From positions 2,670,001 through 2,702,000 of the forward strand of contig NC_000962.3 of the NCBI RefSeq assembly GCF_000195955.2: 32,000 nucleotides of DNA, in the 5' to 3' direction. Every line of letters begins with the position of its first letter. The first letter of the stretch is position 1. Both the position numbers and the translations under genes were made by a program. Of this stretch, positions 1 to 10,764 are shown piece after piece. The DNA is from Mycobacterium tuberculosis H37Rv. Lineage in GTDB: Bacteria > Actinomycetota > Actinomycetes > Mycobacteriales > Mycobacteriaceae. The notes beneath the pieces are model-generated. The model did no database searches. It was not told the DNA's origin and was given only the letters and a program-made list of their open reading frames with translations.

Positions 1-269
1 GACGACCGCGCGATGAGCGGATGCTCGCGTCCGGCGGCCAGCGCGCGCAAGCCCTCGGCGAGTTCCAGCCGGTCGGCGGCCCGAAGCACCGCCCGATGCC
101 GACGGACCCGTCGGGTCTTGCGCAGCTGCCGAGCCACTTCGGTCACGGTCGTAGCCGGAAAGCGCTCGAGGTAGTCGGCGATGGCCCGAGCGTCCGGCCC
201 GATCAGTTCCTCGGCATGGGCGCTGAGCAAAACCGCAACCCGCCCATCGGGCAGCTGTTTGGGGGCCAT
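1..269 (-). CDS. mbtD: Polyketide synthase MbtD, N-terminal fragment (gene continues past the window start)
   Basis: A reverse-strand ATG at 269..267 overlaps the mbtC stop (ATGA). My hand translation reads MAPKQLPDGRVAVLLSAHAEELIGPDARAI... with no stop down to position 1. It lies directly downstream of mbtC, as in the mbt cluster. It is absent from the ORF track because the window edge truncates it. Confidence 0.8.
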   Translation of the reverse strand, partial: MAPKQLPDGRVAVLLSAHAEELIGPDARAIADYLERFPATTVTEVARQLRKTRRVRRHRAVLRAADRLELAEGLRALAAGREHPLIARS

Positions 270-1603
270 CACACCTCCCCACACTCGGGGCCACGCTCGG
301 GCGCGGAAACGGTGTCCGGCATCGAAACGATCACGTGGCTATTGGTACCGCTCATCCCGAACGCGGACACCGCCGCGGTGCGCCATCCGTCAACGGCCCG
401 CCACGGCGTGAGTTTGTCGGCCAGCCGCAGACCCTGTTTCTCCCAATCGATTTCGCGGCTGGGCTCGTCGACGTGCAGTGTCGGCGGGATCGCGGCGTGC
501 TGGGCGGCCAGAATGACCTTCACAAGGCCCAGCCCGCCCGCCGCCGCCTGAGCATGCCCGATGTTTGACTTGACCGATCCCAACAGCGGCCCGCGTCCGG
601 CCGGGGCGGTGCCGTAGCTGGCTGCCAGTGACCGCAATTCGGTGCGATCGCCGAGCCGGGTCGCGGTGCCGTGCCCTTCGACCATCCCGACATCGGCGGG
701 CACAACTGCTGCCTGCGCGATGGCGCGCCGGAGCAGTCGCGTTTGCGCGTCGCCGCTGGGCGCGGTCAGCCCGTCGCTAAGTCCATCGGAGTTCAGGCAA
801 CTGGCACGCACCTCGGCGAGGACACGACGCCGGTCAGCGGTTGCCCGCGACCGGCGCTGCAGGAGGAACATGGCGGCGCCCTCTGCCCAGGCGGTTCCGC
901 TGGCGTGCGCGCTGTAGGGCCGGCAGTGGCCGTCGTCGGATAGCGCGTGCTGCTTGGAGAACTCGACGAAATAGCCGGGCGTACCCATCACGCACACGCC
1001 GCCGGCGAGTGCCAGGTCGCAGTCGCCGGCCCGGATAGCTTGAACCGCGGTGTGAAAGGCCGCCAGCGCCGACGAACACGAGGTATCGACGGTCAGCGCC
1101 GGCCCGGCCAGGTCAAGGGTGTAGGCGATGCGCCCGGAGATGACACCCAGCGACGTCCCGGTGATCAGATGGCCACTGTGGTGGGAGAATTCGGTCAAAG
1201 CGGGACCGTATTCGAGCGCCGAGGCACCGACATAACAGCCCACATCGTGACCGGCCAGGTCATCGGGATTGATCCCGCTGTTCTCCAGGGTGCGCCATGC
1301 TACTCGCAGCCCCACCCGCTGCTGCGGGTCCATCGCCGTCGCCTCGCGCGGTGAGATGCGGAAGAACTCAGGATCGAATGTAGTTGCGCTGGAAAGGAAT
1401 CCGCCAAGGTTGTGGATCGGTTTGAATCCGTTTCGACGCGACCCGTCGAACAGCTCGCGAAGTGCCCAACCTCGATCGGTGGGGAACGGTCCGAGTCCCT
1501 CGCGCTGTTCGGAGAGCAGTGTCCAGTAGTCGTCGGCGGTTTCGACACCACCGGGTGCCTCGATGGCCAGCCCGACGATGACGACCGGGTCGTTATCGGA
1601 CAT
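269..1603 (-). CDS. mbtC: Mycobactin polyketide synthase MbtC (ketosynthase)
   Basis: This is the 446-aa ORF 269..1609. KS motifs are present: TVDTSCSSALAA (active-site Cys), EGHGTATRLGD and KSNIGHAQAAAG (catalytic His). I prefer the ATG at 1603 (MSDNDPVV..., 444 aa) over the GTG at 1609. The start overlaps the mbtB 3' end by 11 nt. Confidence 0.93.
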   Translation of the reverse strand: MSDNDPVVIVGLAIEAPGGVETADDYWTLLSEQREGLGPFPTDRGWALRELFDGSRRNGFKPIHNLGGFLSSATTFDPEFFRISPREATAMDPQQRVGLRVAWRTLENSGINPDDLAGHDVGCYVGASALEYGPALTEFSHHSGHLITGTSLGVISGRIAYTLDLAGPALTVDTSCSSALAAFHTAVQAIRAGDCDLALAGGVCVMGTPGYFVEFSKQHALSDDGHCRPYSAHASGTAWAEGAAMFLLQRRSRATADRRRVLAEVRASCLNSDGLSDGLTAPSGDAQTRLLRRAIAQAAVVPADVGMVEGHGTATRLGDRTELRSLAASYGTAPAGRGPLLGSVKSNIGHAQAAAGGLGLVKVILAAQHAAIPPTLHVDEPSREIDWEKQGLRLADKLTPWRAVDGWRTAAVSAFGMSGTNSHVIVSMPDTVSAPERGPECGEV

Positions 1604-4600
1604 CGGCACTCACCATCCGGGCCACGGCGTCGAGGTGATCGTTGAGATAGAAGTGACCACCATCAAAGTGCGACAGCGTGAAGCGACCGGAGGTGTGAGT
1701 CTCCCAACTGGTCAACATCTCCCGGCTGATGCGGTGGTCGCGGTTGCCGCCGACCGCGTGGATGTTGGCGCGGATGCGCACGTCGGGTGGACATGAATAG
1801 CCGCTGAGGGCCCGATAGTCGGCCTTGACCGCCGGCACCAGCAGTTCAACGAATTCCTCGTCCTCGAGCAGCACGGGATCGGTGCCGCCAAGATCCACCA
1901 TGTCGGCCAGGACGTCACGGTCGGCGGTCGGCAACGGTCCGGACGCGGCCACCGTCGACGGAGCCTGACCGGAGGAAGCCCACAGTGCACGTACCGGCAC
2001 GCCATTGCGCTCGGCGAGGCGAGCGAACTCGAAGGCCACTATCGCACCCATGCAATGGCCGAACAGCGTCAGCGGAGCCGTCAGGTGCCAGTCGCCCGCC
2101 TCGAACAGCTCGAGCGCCAGCGCCTCGATGCTGTCTGCCGCCGGGTGGCTGCGCCGGTCAGCCCGCTGCGGGTACTGCACCACGAACGTGTCAACGTCGT
2201 TGGCCACTAACGATTTTGCCAACCACCGGTAAGCCGCGGCAGCGCCGCCGGCGTGTGGAAACACCAGCACCGCGCCGGGCTTGTCAGTACCGGTGAACCG
2301 CTTCACCCACGGTTTGAAGGCTGGCTGTGCGGGCTGCTCGATCGGATCGAGCGCCGCCATCACGTCGGCACTTGTCATATTCGCGATTTCTAAGTACACC
2401 TCGGCGACCAGTTCGAGTCGGTCGGCGTTGGCTTCCCGACCGGTGAGCAACTGGGCCAACGCGGCAATGGTCCTGGCGGCAAACATGTCGGCGACCATCA
2501 GGCTCGGCGAATCCAGCCACCGCCGGATACCGGCGACGACCTGGGTCGCAAGCACGGAATCGCCGCCCAGGGCAAAGAAGTCGTCGTGCACGCCCACGGC
2601 ATCGTTGGCACGGCCCAGGATGTCCGCGACGATGCGGCGCAGTGCCCGCTGAAGCACCGTTCGCGGCGCCGCATAGGGTGCCGATCTGTCGCCAGACCGC
2701 TCGACCTCGGCGGCAAGCAGGGCGCCAACCTCCGCGCGGTCGATCTTGCCGCTGTCGGTAAAGGGGATGCGGTCTAGCAGCGTGACGTGGCGCGGAATCA
2801 TGTGCGCGGGCACCAGATCGGCGAGCTGCTGTCGAATCGACTCCGCGGTCACGCCGGCATCGTCGACGCAGACCGCCGCGGCCAGCACATCGGACCCGCC
2901 AGGAAGCACGGTGGCCGCCGCCGCGTGCACACCGGGCAAGCGCTGCAGCGCGGCTTCGATCTCGCCGAGTTCGACGCGGTACCCGCTGATCTTGACGCGG
3001 TGATCGGCACGGCCGACGAACTCCAGGGTGCCGTCGTGCCAGTAGCGGGCCAGATCACCGGTGCGATACCAGGTGCGGCCGTCATGCTCGACGAAGCGCT
3101 CCGCGGTCAGCTCGGGACGGCCACGGTAACCCCGGGCGATTCCGCGACCGGACACCCACAACTCACCGGCCACCCAATCGGGGCAGTCGTCGCCGCTGTC
3201 GGCCACTACCCGGCAGGCGTTGTTGGGAAACGGGACGCCGTATGGCACCGAGGCCCAGTCCGGTGGCAGATTGGCCGCGTCCTGGACCTCGAAAATGGTT
3301 GCGTGGACCGCGGTTTCGGTGGCTCCACCCAACCCCGCGAACCGTGCGCTCGGCGCTTGCACCTGCAGGCGGCGGGCCAGGTCGGGACGCACCCAGTCGC
3401 CGCCGACGGCCACCGCTCGCAGCGACGACAGCCGGCCCCCGCCGACTTCGAGCAGCATGTCCAACCAGCCCGGCATGAAATTCAACGCCGTGACCTCGTA
3501 AGTGTCGATAAGCCGGGCCCAGGCGTCGGGATCGCGGCGCTGCGCTTCGTCGACCACCACGATCGCTCCGCCGGAGCGCAGGGCGGCGAAGATGTCCAGC
3601 ACCGACATGTCGCACTCCAGCGTCGCCAGGGCAAGCCAGCGATCTGCGGCGCCTAGCTCGAAGTGCCGGATGAAGGTCTCCACGGTGTTCATCGCGGCGT
3701 CGTGCGCCACCTCGACACCCTTGGGTTCCCCGGTTGAGCCCGAGGTGAACAACACATAGGCGAGCGCGGTGGGATCGCTAGGCCCGGGCACGAATTCTGC
3801 CGGCGCGGCGGCAAGCACGTCAGCCAGCAACAGCGTCGGGACCGGCACCCGCACTTGGCATGGCGGGCCGCAAACGAGCGCTAAGTTGACCGAACCGGTC
3901 GCCAGGATGCGCTCCGCGCGGTCGCGGGGCTGGTCGACGCCGATCGGCAGATAGACCCCGCCGGCGGCCAAAATCCCCAGCACAGCCGCCACTTGTTCGC
4001 CCGTTTTCGGACCCAGCACCGCGACGGTGTCGCCGACTCGTAGGCCCGCAGCACGCAGCGCCGCGGCCACCGCCGATGCCTGGTCGCGCAGTTGGGCGTA
4101 GCTCAAGTCGCCGGAACTGGCGAACACCGCCGGCGCGTCGGGCTGCTGTTGGGCCTGGCGGAAAAACCCGTCGTGCAGCGCCTCGGTGCTGGGGGCGGCG
4201 GTGCGACCGTTCAGCGCCGCGCGCACCGCGCGTTGCGCGGCGGGTAGCGCGGACGGGCTCGGCGCATCCCAGGCGTCGTCCCCGGCGGCCAACCGGAGCA
4301 ATTCGTCGACCTGGTGGGTGAACATGGCGTCGATGACGCCGGGTGCAAAGACCCCCTCGCGGACATCCCAGTTCACCAGCACACCGCCGTCGAACTCGGT
4401 GACCTGGGCGTCGAGCAGCACCTGGGGCCCCTGCGAAATGATCCATCCGGGTGTGCCGAATTGCTCGGTGACGTCCGGGCAGAAAAGGTCGCCGAGCCCC
4501 AGCGCGCTGGTGAATACCACCGGTGCCAGCACCTGGGTGCCACGGTGGCGGCTGAGGTCACGCAGCACAGACAGCCCGGGGTATGCACTGTGGCCTGCGG

Positions 4601-5837
4601 CGCTGCGCAGGGCTTCCTGCACCGCCTGCGCCCGCGCCGCCGCCGTGCGCGCACCGGTCAGATCGACGTCGAGCAACAGCGAGGAGGTGAAGTCACCGAC
4701 CAGCAGGTCGACGTCTGGATGCAGGGCCTGGCGACTGAACAACGGCAGGTTCAGCAGGAACCGCGACGACGCTGACCAACGCGCCAGCACGTTGGCAAAG
4801 GCCGCGGCCAGCGTCATCGCCGGGGTGATGCCGCGGGCCCGGGCTCGGGCGAACAACGCGTCGCGGGTCTGCGGGTCTAGCCAGTGCCAGCGCCGGGTGC
4901 TGCGGCGCCGGTCGCGTTCGCCGCCGGCCCGGGTAGGCAGCGCGGGCGGATCCGGCAGCTGCGGGATGCGCTGCGCCCACCAGTCCCGGTCGGCGTCGCG
5001 AACCGGTTGGGGCAGCGTCTCCTCCGCCTCGATAGCCTGCCGGTATTCCCGGTAGGTGTAGCCCAGTGCCGGCGGTTCACGGCCGTCATAGAGGGCCGCC
5101 AGGTCGGCCAGCAAGATGCGGTAGCTCATCGCGTCAGCGGCCTGCATGTCCAGGTCGACATGTAGGCGGGTGCGCTCCCCCGGTAATAACGTCAACGCAA
5201 GTTCGAATACCGCACCGTCGAGCTGCTGGTGCGATTTGGCGTCGCGGATCCCCGCCAACCGCTGATCGACGACATCCGGGGCCACGTGACGCAGGTCGGC
5301 AACACTGATGGGAAAGTCGCGAGATCCCGCCGCCGGCGGGATGCGCTGGGTGCCGTCGGGCAAGAACTGCACCCGCAGCATCGGGTGCCGCAGCGCCAAC
5401 CGGGTGGCCGCCGCGCGGAGCCTGTCCGGATCGACCCGGGCACCATCGAACTCGACGTAGAGGTGCCCAGCTACCCCGCCGAGCTGTTGGTGGTCGTGGC
5501 GGCCGACCCACATCGCGTGCTGCATCGGCGCCAGCGGGAAAGGCTCGCCTTCCTGGGATAACCCGGCATCCCCTGGTGCGGCAACTGCCGTGGGCGCGAC
5601 GCCGGTGCCGGCGGACACCAGTTGGGACCAGGCCTCGATTGTGGGTGTGGCGGCCAGTGTGGCGAAGTCGACGGCGATGCCCTTCCGGCGCCAGCGCCCC
5701 ACCAGCGACATCATCCGGATCGAGTCCAGGCCCTGACCAACGAGGTTGGCGCCGGGGTGCAGAGCATCGGCGCGGACACCGAGCAACTCTGCGACCTCGG
5801 CGCGAATGATCTCCGAGCACGCCGTAGCATGCACCAC
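1593..5837 (-). CDS. mbtB: Mycobactin NRPS MbtB (ArCP-Cy-A-PCP-TE; phenyloxazoline synthase)
   Basis: This lies within ORF 1593..5942. Domain motifs seen: aryl carrier GQGLDSIRMM, Cy signature DLDMQAADAMS, A-domain FTSGSTGEPKGV / YRTGDLARY / GRADHRVKISGYRVELGEIE / SGKIDR, PCP LGGDSVLA, and C-terminal alpha/beta thioesterase FPHAGG...GHCMG...GGHFYL. I chose the GTG start at 5837 (VVHATACSE...), which is preceded by GGGAGG. The longer ORF would run through the iron box and into mbtA. Confidence 0.95.
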   Translation of the reverse strand: MVHATACSEIIRAEVAELLGVRADALHPGANLVGQGLDSIRMMSLVGRWRRKGIAVDFATLAATPTIEAWSQLVSAGTGVAPTAVAAPGDAGLSQEGEPFPLAPMQHAMWVGRHDHQQLGGVAGHLYVEFDGARVDPDRLRAAATRLALRHPMLRVQFLPDGTQRIPPAAGSRDFPISVADLRHVAPDVVDQRLAGIRDAKSHQQLDGAVFELALTLLPGERTRLHVDLDMQAADAMSYRILLADLAALYDGREPPALGYTYREYRQAIEAEETLPQPVRDADRDWWAQRIPQLPDPPALPTRAGGERDRRRSTRRWHWLDPQTRDALFARARARGITPAMTLAAAFANVLARWSASSRFLLNLPLFSRQALHPDVDLLVGDFTSSLLLDVDLTGARTAAARAQAVQEALRSAAGHSAYPGLSVLRDLSRHRGTQVLAPVVFTSALGLGDLFCPDVTEQFGTPGWIISQGPQVLLDAQVTEFDGGVLVNWDVREGVFAPGVIDAMFTHQVDELLRLAAGDDAWDAPSPSALPAAQRAVRAALNGRTAAPSTEALHDGFFRQAQQQPDAPAVFASSGDLSYAQLRDQASAVAAALRAAGLRVGDTVAVLGPKTGEQVAAVLGILAAGGVYLPIGVDQPRDRAERILATGSVNLALVCGPPCQVRVPVPTLLLADVLAAAPAEFVPGPSDPTALAYVLFTSGSTGEPKGVEVAHDAAMNTVETFIRHFELGAADRWLALATLECDMSVLDIFAALRSGGAIVVVDEAQRRDPDAWARLIDTYEVTALNFMPGWLDMLLEVGGGRLSSLRAVAVGGDWVRPDLARRLQVQAPSARFAGLGGATETAVHATIFEVQDAANLPPDWASVPYGVPFPNNACRVVADSGDDCPDWVAGELWVSGRGIARGYRGRPELTAERFVEHDGRTWYRTGDLARYWHDGTLEFVGRADHRVKISGYRVELGEIEAALQRLPGVHAAAATVLPGGSDVLAAAVCVDDAGVTAESIRQQLADLVPAHMIPRHVTLLDRIPFTDSGKIDRAEVGALLAAEVERSGDRSAPYAAPRTVLQRALRRIVADILGRANDAVGVHDDFFALGGDSVLATQVVAGIRRWLDSPSLMVADMFAARTIAALAQLLTGREANADRLELVAEVYLEIANMTSADVMAALDPIEQPAQPAFKPWVKRFTGTDKPGAVLVFPHAGGAAAAYRWLAKSLVANDVDTFVVQYPQRADRRSHPAADSIEALALELFEAGDWHLTAPLTLFGHCMGAIVAFEFARLAERNGVPVRALWASSGQAPSTVAASGPLPTADRDVLADMVDLGGTDPVLLEDEEFVELLVPAVKADYRALSGYSCPPDVRIRANIHAVGGNRDHRISREMLTSWETHTSGRFTLSHFDGGHFYLNDHLDAVARMVSADVR

Positions 5838-5850
5838 AAACCCTCCCCTG

Positions 5851-5869
5851 TTAGCACAGGCTGCCCTAA
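5851..5869. promoter_or_regulatory. IdeR iron box in the mbtB/mbtA divergent promoter region
   Basis: TTAGCACAGGCTGCCCTAA matches the 19-bp IdeR consensus TTAGGTTAGGCTAACCTAA at 14/19 positions by hand count. It sits 14 bp upstream of the mbtB GTG, inside a 98-bp divergent intergenic region. Confidence 0.8.
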
Positions 5870-5887
5870 TTTTAGTGGTTACCCTAT
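5869..5887. promoter_or_regulatory. Possible second, degenerate IdeR half-box adjoining the first
   Basis: ATTTTAGTGGTTACCCTAT matches the consensus at about 9/19 positions, with a good right half (GGtTAcCCTAt). It overlaps the candidate -10 hexamers TACCCT and TATCTT facing mbtA. I recall two boxes being reported here but cannot confirm the exact register. Confidence 0.3.
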
Positions 5888-5935
5888 CTTCGAACCACGC
5901 ACCTGCGCTACCAGCCCCCCTGTTAAGGAGCCCAC

Positions 5936-7633
5936 ATGCCACCGAAGGCGGCAGATGGCCGCCGACCCAGTCCCGACGGCGGACTGGGTGGCTTTGTACC
6001 GTTCCCCGCGGATCGGGCCGCGTCGTACCGGGCGGCCGGCTATTGGTCGGGGCGAACCCTGGACACCGTGCTCTCCGATGCCGCGCGGCGCTGGCCTGAC
6101 CGCCTCGCGGTGGCCGACGCCGGTGATCGTCCCGGCCACGGCGGCCTCAGTTACGCCGAACTCGACCAGCGGGCCGACCGGGCCGCCGCGGCGCTGCACG
6201 GCCTGGGCATCACGCCAGGCGACCGGGTACTGCTCCAGCTGCCAAACGGCTGCCAGTTCGCGGTTGCCCTGTTCGCGTTATTGCGGGCGGGAGCGATCCC
6301 AGTGATGTGCCTGCCCGGTCACCGCGCCGCCGAATTGGGCCACTTCGCCGCCGTCAGCGCGGCCACCGGGCTGGTGGTCGCCGATGTGGCCAGCGGGTTC
6401 GACTATCGGCCGATGGCGCGCGAACTTGTTGCCGATCACCCCACCCTGCGCCATGTCATCGTCGATGGCGATCCGGGACCGTTCGTGTCGTGGGCGCAGC
6501 TGTGCGCCCAGGCCGGCACCGGTTCGCCGGCACCGCCGGCCGATCCCGGATCGCCAGCGCTGCTGCTGGTCTCCGGCGGCACCACTGGCATGCCCAAACT
6601 CATTCCACGCACCCACGACGACTACGTGTTCAACGCGACGGCCAGCGCCGCACTCTGTCGGCTTAGCGCCGACGACGTCTATCTGGTGGTGCTGGCCGCC
6701 GGCCACAATTTCCCGCTGGCCTGCCCGGGCCTGCTCGGCGCGATGACCGTCGGGGCCACCGCCGTGTTCGCCCCCGATCCCAGCCCGGAGGCCGCCTTCG
6801 CCGCCATCGAGCGCCACGGTGTCACCGTCACCGCGTTGGTTCCGGCACTGGCCAAACTGTGGGCCCAATCCTGTGAGTGGGAGCCGGTGACACCGAAGTC
6901 ACTGCGGTTGTTGCAGGTTGGCGGGTCCAAGCTAGAACCCGAGGACGCTCGCCGGGTACGCACCGCGCTCACCCCGGGCCTGCAGCAGGTGTTCGGCATG
7001 GCGGAGGGGCTGCTGAACTTCACCCGCATCGGCGACCCACCCGAAGTGGTGGAGCACACCCAGGGGCGGCCACTATGCCCGGCCGACGAACTGCGCATCG
7101 TCAACGCCGATGGTGAGCCGGTGGGGCCCGGGGAGGAAGGCGAACTCTTGGTGCGCGGGCCCTACACGCTGAACGGCTATTTTGCTGCCGAACGCGACAA
7201 CGAGCGCTGCTTCGATCCGGACGGCTTCTACCGCAGCGGCGACCTGGTCCGCCGCCGCGACGACGGCAATCTGGTGGTCACCGGGCGCGTCAAGGATGTC
7301 ATCTGCCGTGCGGGAGAAACCATCGCCGCCAGCGACCTCGAAGAACAGCTGCTGAGCCATCCGGCGATCTTCTCGGCCGCGGCGGTGGGACTACCTGACC
7401 AGTATCTGGGGGAAAAAATCTGCGCTGCAGTCGTTTTCGCTGGAGCTCCGATTACGCTTGCGGAGTTGAACGGCTACCTTGACCGGCGTGGTGTGGCCGC
7501 GCATACGCGACCCGACCAGCTGGTCGCGATGCCGGCGCTGCCCACAACGCCGATCGGGAAGATCGACAAACGAGCGATCGTCCGCCAGCTCGGCATCGCG
7601 ACGGGTCCCGTGACGACCCAGCGCTGCCATTGA
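5936..7633 (+). CDS. mbtA: Salicyl-AMP ligase / salicyl-S-ArCP synthetase MbtA (adenylate-forming enzyme)
   Basis: 565-aa ORF with AAGGAG at 5925..5930, 5 nt upstream of the ATG. Acyl-adenylate motifs are present: SGGTTGMPKL, YRSGDL, GRVKDVI, PIGKIDKR. It is divergent from mbtB. Confidence 0.95.
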   Translation: MPPKAADGRRPSPDGGLGGFVPFPADRAASYRAAGYWSGRTLDTVLSDAARRWPDRLAVADAGDRPGHGGLSYAELDQRADRAAAALHGLGITPGDRVLLQLPNGCQFAVALFALLRAGAIPVMCLPGHRAAELGHFAAVSAATGLVVADVASGFDYRPMARELVADHPTLRHVIVDGDPGPFVSWAQLCAQAGTGSPAPPADPGSPALLLVSGGTTGMPKLIPRTHDDYVFNATASAALCRLSADDVYLVVLAAGHNFPLACPGLLGAMTVGATAVFAPDPSPEAAFAAIERHGVTVTALVPALAKLWAQSCEWEPVTPKSLRLLQVGGSKLEPEDARRVRTALTPGLQQVFGMAEGLLNFTRIGDPPEVVEHTQGRPLCPADELRIVNADGEPVGPGEEGELLVRGPYTLNGYFAAERDNERCFDPDGFYRSGDLVRRRDDGNLVVTGRVKDVICRAGETIAASDLEEQLLSHPAIFSAAAVGLPDQYLGEKICAAVVFAGAPITLAELNGYLDRRGVAAHTRPDQLVAMPALPTTPIGKIDKRAIVRQLGIATGPVTTQRCH

Positions 7634-7728
7634 CTGACGTCAACAAGTTGAATTGACTGCGTTGCATGACCGACGGTGTTCCGGCCCGCGGGTCACTTCG
7701 ATCACGCGGCGCGGTAGCGGTGAGCTCG

Positions 7729-8649
7729 ATGGTGTTGCGGCCCATCACCGGGGCGATTCCGCCAGACGGGCCGTGGGGGATATGGGCCTCGCGCCGGATC
7801 ATCGCCGGACTCATGGGCACGTTCGGGCCCTCGCTCGCGGGCACCCGAGTGGAACAAGTCAACTCCGTTCTGCCGGACGGACGCCGGGTCGTCGGCGAAT
7901 GGGTGTATGGACCGCACAACAACGCGATCAATGCCGGACCCGGTGGCGGCGCCATCTATTACGTACACGGCAGCGGTTACACGATGTGTTCGCCCCGAAC
8001 CCACCGGCGGCTGACATCCTGGCTGTCGTCATTGACCGGGCTACCGGTATTCAGTGTCGATTACCGACTGGCGCCGCGCTACCGTTTCCCGACCGCGGCC
8101 ACCGACGTGCGGGCAGCCTGGGATTGGTTAGCGCACGTATGCGGCTTAGCCGCGGAGCACATGGTGATCGCCGCGGATTCCGCGGGTGGCCATCTGACCG
8201 TCGACATGCTGCTGCAACCCGAGGTCGCCGCCCGACCTCCGGCGGCGGTGGTGTTGTTTTCGCCGCTGATCGACCTCACCTTCCGGCTGGGCGCCAGTCG
8301 TGAGCTGCAGCGCCCCGATCCTGTCGTGCGCGCTGACCGTGCGGCCCGGTCGGTTGCGCTGTACTACACCGGAGTCGATCCCGCCCACCACCGGCTGGCG
8401 CTCGATGTTGCCGGCGGGCCACCGCTGCCACCGACGCTGATCCAGGTGGGTGGAGCCGAGATACTCGAGGCCGATGCGAGACAACTCGATGCCGACATCC
8501 GCGCTGCCGGCGGCATATGCGAGTTGCAAGTGTGGCCTGATCAGATGCATGTGTTCCAGGCCCTGCCGCGGATGACGCCCGAAGCGGCCAAAGCCATGAC
8601 CTATGTTGCCCAGTTCATCCGCAGTACAACAGCACGTGGAGACCTCTGA
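7729..8649 (+). CDS. mbtJ: Alpha/beta hydrolase (HSL-family esterase/acetyl hydrolase) MbtJ
   Basis: This lies within ORF 7666..8649. It carries the oxyanion motif YVHGSGY and the nucleophile motif ADSAGG. The start is ambiguous between ATG 7666 (327 aa) and ATG 7729 (306 aa, MVLRPITG...). I list the shorter form. Confidence 0.85.
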   Translation: MVLRPITGAIPPDGPWGIWASRRIIAGLMGTFGPSLAGTRVEQVNSVLPDGRRVVGEWVYGPHNNAINAGPGGGAIYYVHGSGYTMCSPRTHRRLTSWLSSLTGLPVFSVDYRLAPRYRFPTAATDVRAAWDWLAHVCGLAAEHMVIAADSAGGHLTVDMLLQPEVAARPPAAVVLFSPLIDLTFRLGASRELQRPDPVVRADRAARSVALYYTGVDPAHHRLALDVAGGPPLPPTLIQVGGAEILEADARQLDADIRAAGGICELQVWPDQMHVFQALPRMTPEAAKAMTYVAQFIRSTTARGDL

Positions 8650-8652
8650 ACG

Positions 8653-10030
<1,378 letters not shown>

Positions 10031-10457
10031 TTAATGGGTCGCAGCCCCCCGGGGTCGTCGCATGTCCAACGTGCTCGACTGGAAGAAAATGCTCGTCGGG
10101 AGCAAATGGCACCAGCCGGGGCGGCGACAGGACCCACCCACGGCCGGACGGTCCGCGGACTGCGTTTCGCAGCGTAATCATTTCCGCAGGCAGAGGCGGT
10201 CGCGGCCGGTGCTCGCCGGTTACCATGCCCGCCAACTCACGCACACGAAATCGTGAAACCTTTGCCAACCGTTTACTGGCTAGCTACAAAGCAAGGTTTT
10301 GCCTTCGCCGGAATTCTCCTAACATCACTCACTAACCACGTAGACCATCCGGTCGACGACGTAGTCGCGGTACGCGTGGCTCGCCAAGCTCGGTATGTCC
10401 GCTGGGTCTGCCCAGGCATCGCCCGATCGTTAGCCAGTCAACAGAGAGGACCCGACG

Positions 10458-10667
10458 ATGTTCGTAATCCGGCTCGCCGACGGCGAAGAAGTCCACGGCG
10501 AGTGCGACGAGCTGACGATTAACCCAGCAACCGGCGTCCTCACGGTCTGCCGGGTCGACGGGTTCGAGGAAACCACCACGCACTACTCGCCGTCGGCGTG
10601 GCGGTCGGTGACACACCGCAAGCGGGGGGTCGGCGTTAGACCATCCCTGGTCTCAACTGCTCAATAA
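10458..10667 (+). CDS. Candidate small protein (69 aa), hypothetical, upstream of the SbtA-family permease
   Basis: ATG preceded by GAGAGGA (10444..10450) at 7-nt spacing. By hand count, 51 of the first 59 codons end in G/C, which is typical of coding frames in this genome. The antisense ORF 10332..10616 is Arg/Pro-rich junk. I recognise no family. Confidence 0.5.
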   Translation: MFVIRLADGEEVHGECDELTINPATGVLTVCRVDGFEETTTHYSPSAWRSVTHRKRGVGVRPSLVSTAQ

Positions 10668-10764
10668 GCCCGAGCCACACTTTCTAGATTCGACTTGATA
10701 TTCCTGGTCGCTCCCCTGACGCTGGGTGCTTCCTGGATCGCCGCACCAGGTATGGGAGGCGCCA

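Noticed and set aside
5838-5942. N-terminal extension of the mbtB ORF (1449 aa form)
   Set aside because: It would be translated through the IdeR box and across the mbtA start codon on the other strand. The GTG at 5837 has a GGGAGG Shine-Dalgarno sequence, and the carrier-domain homology starts just after it.
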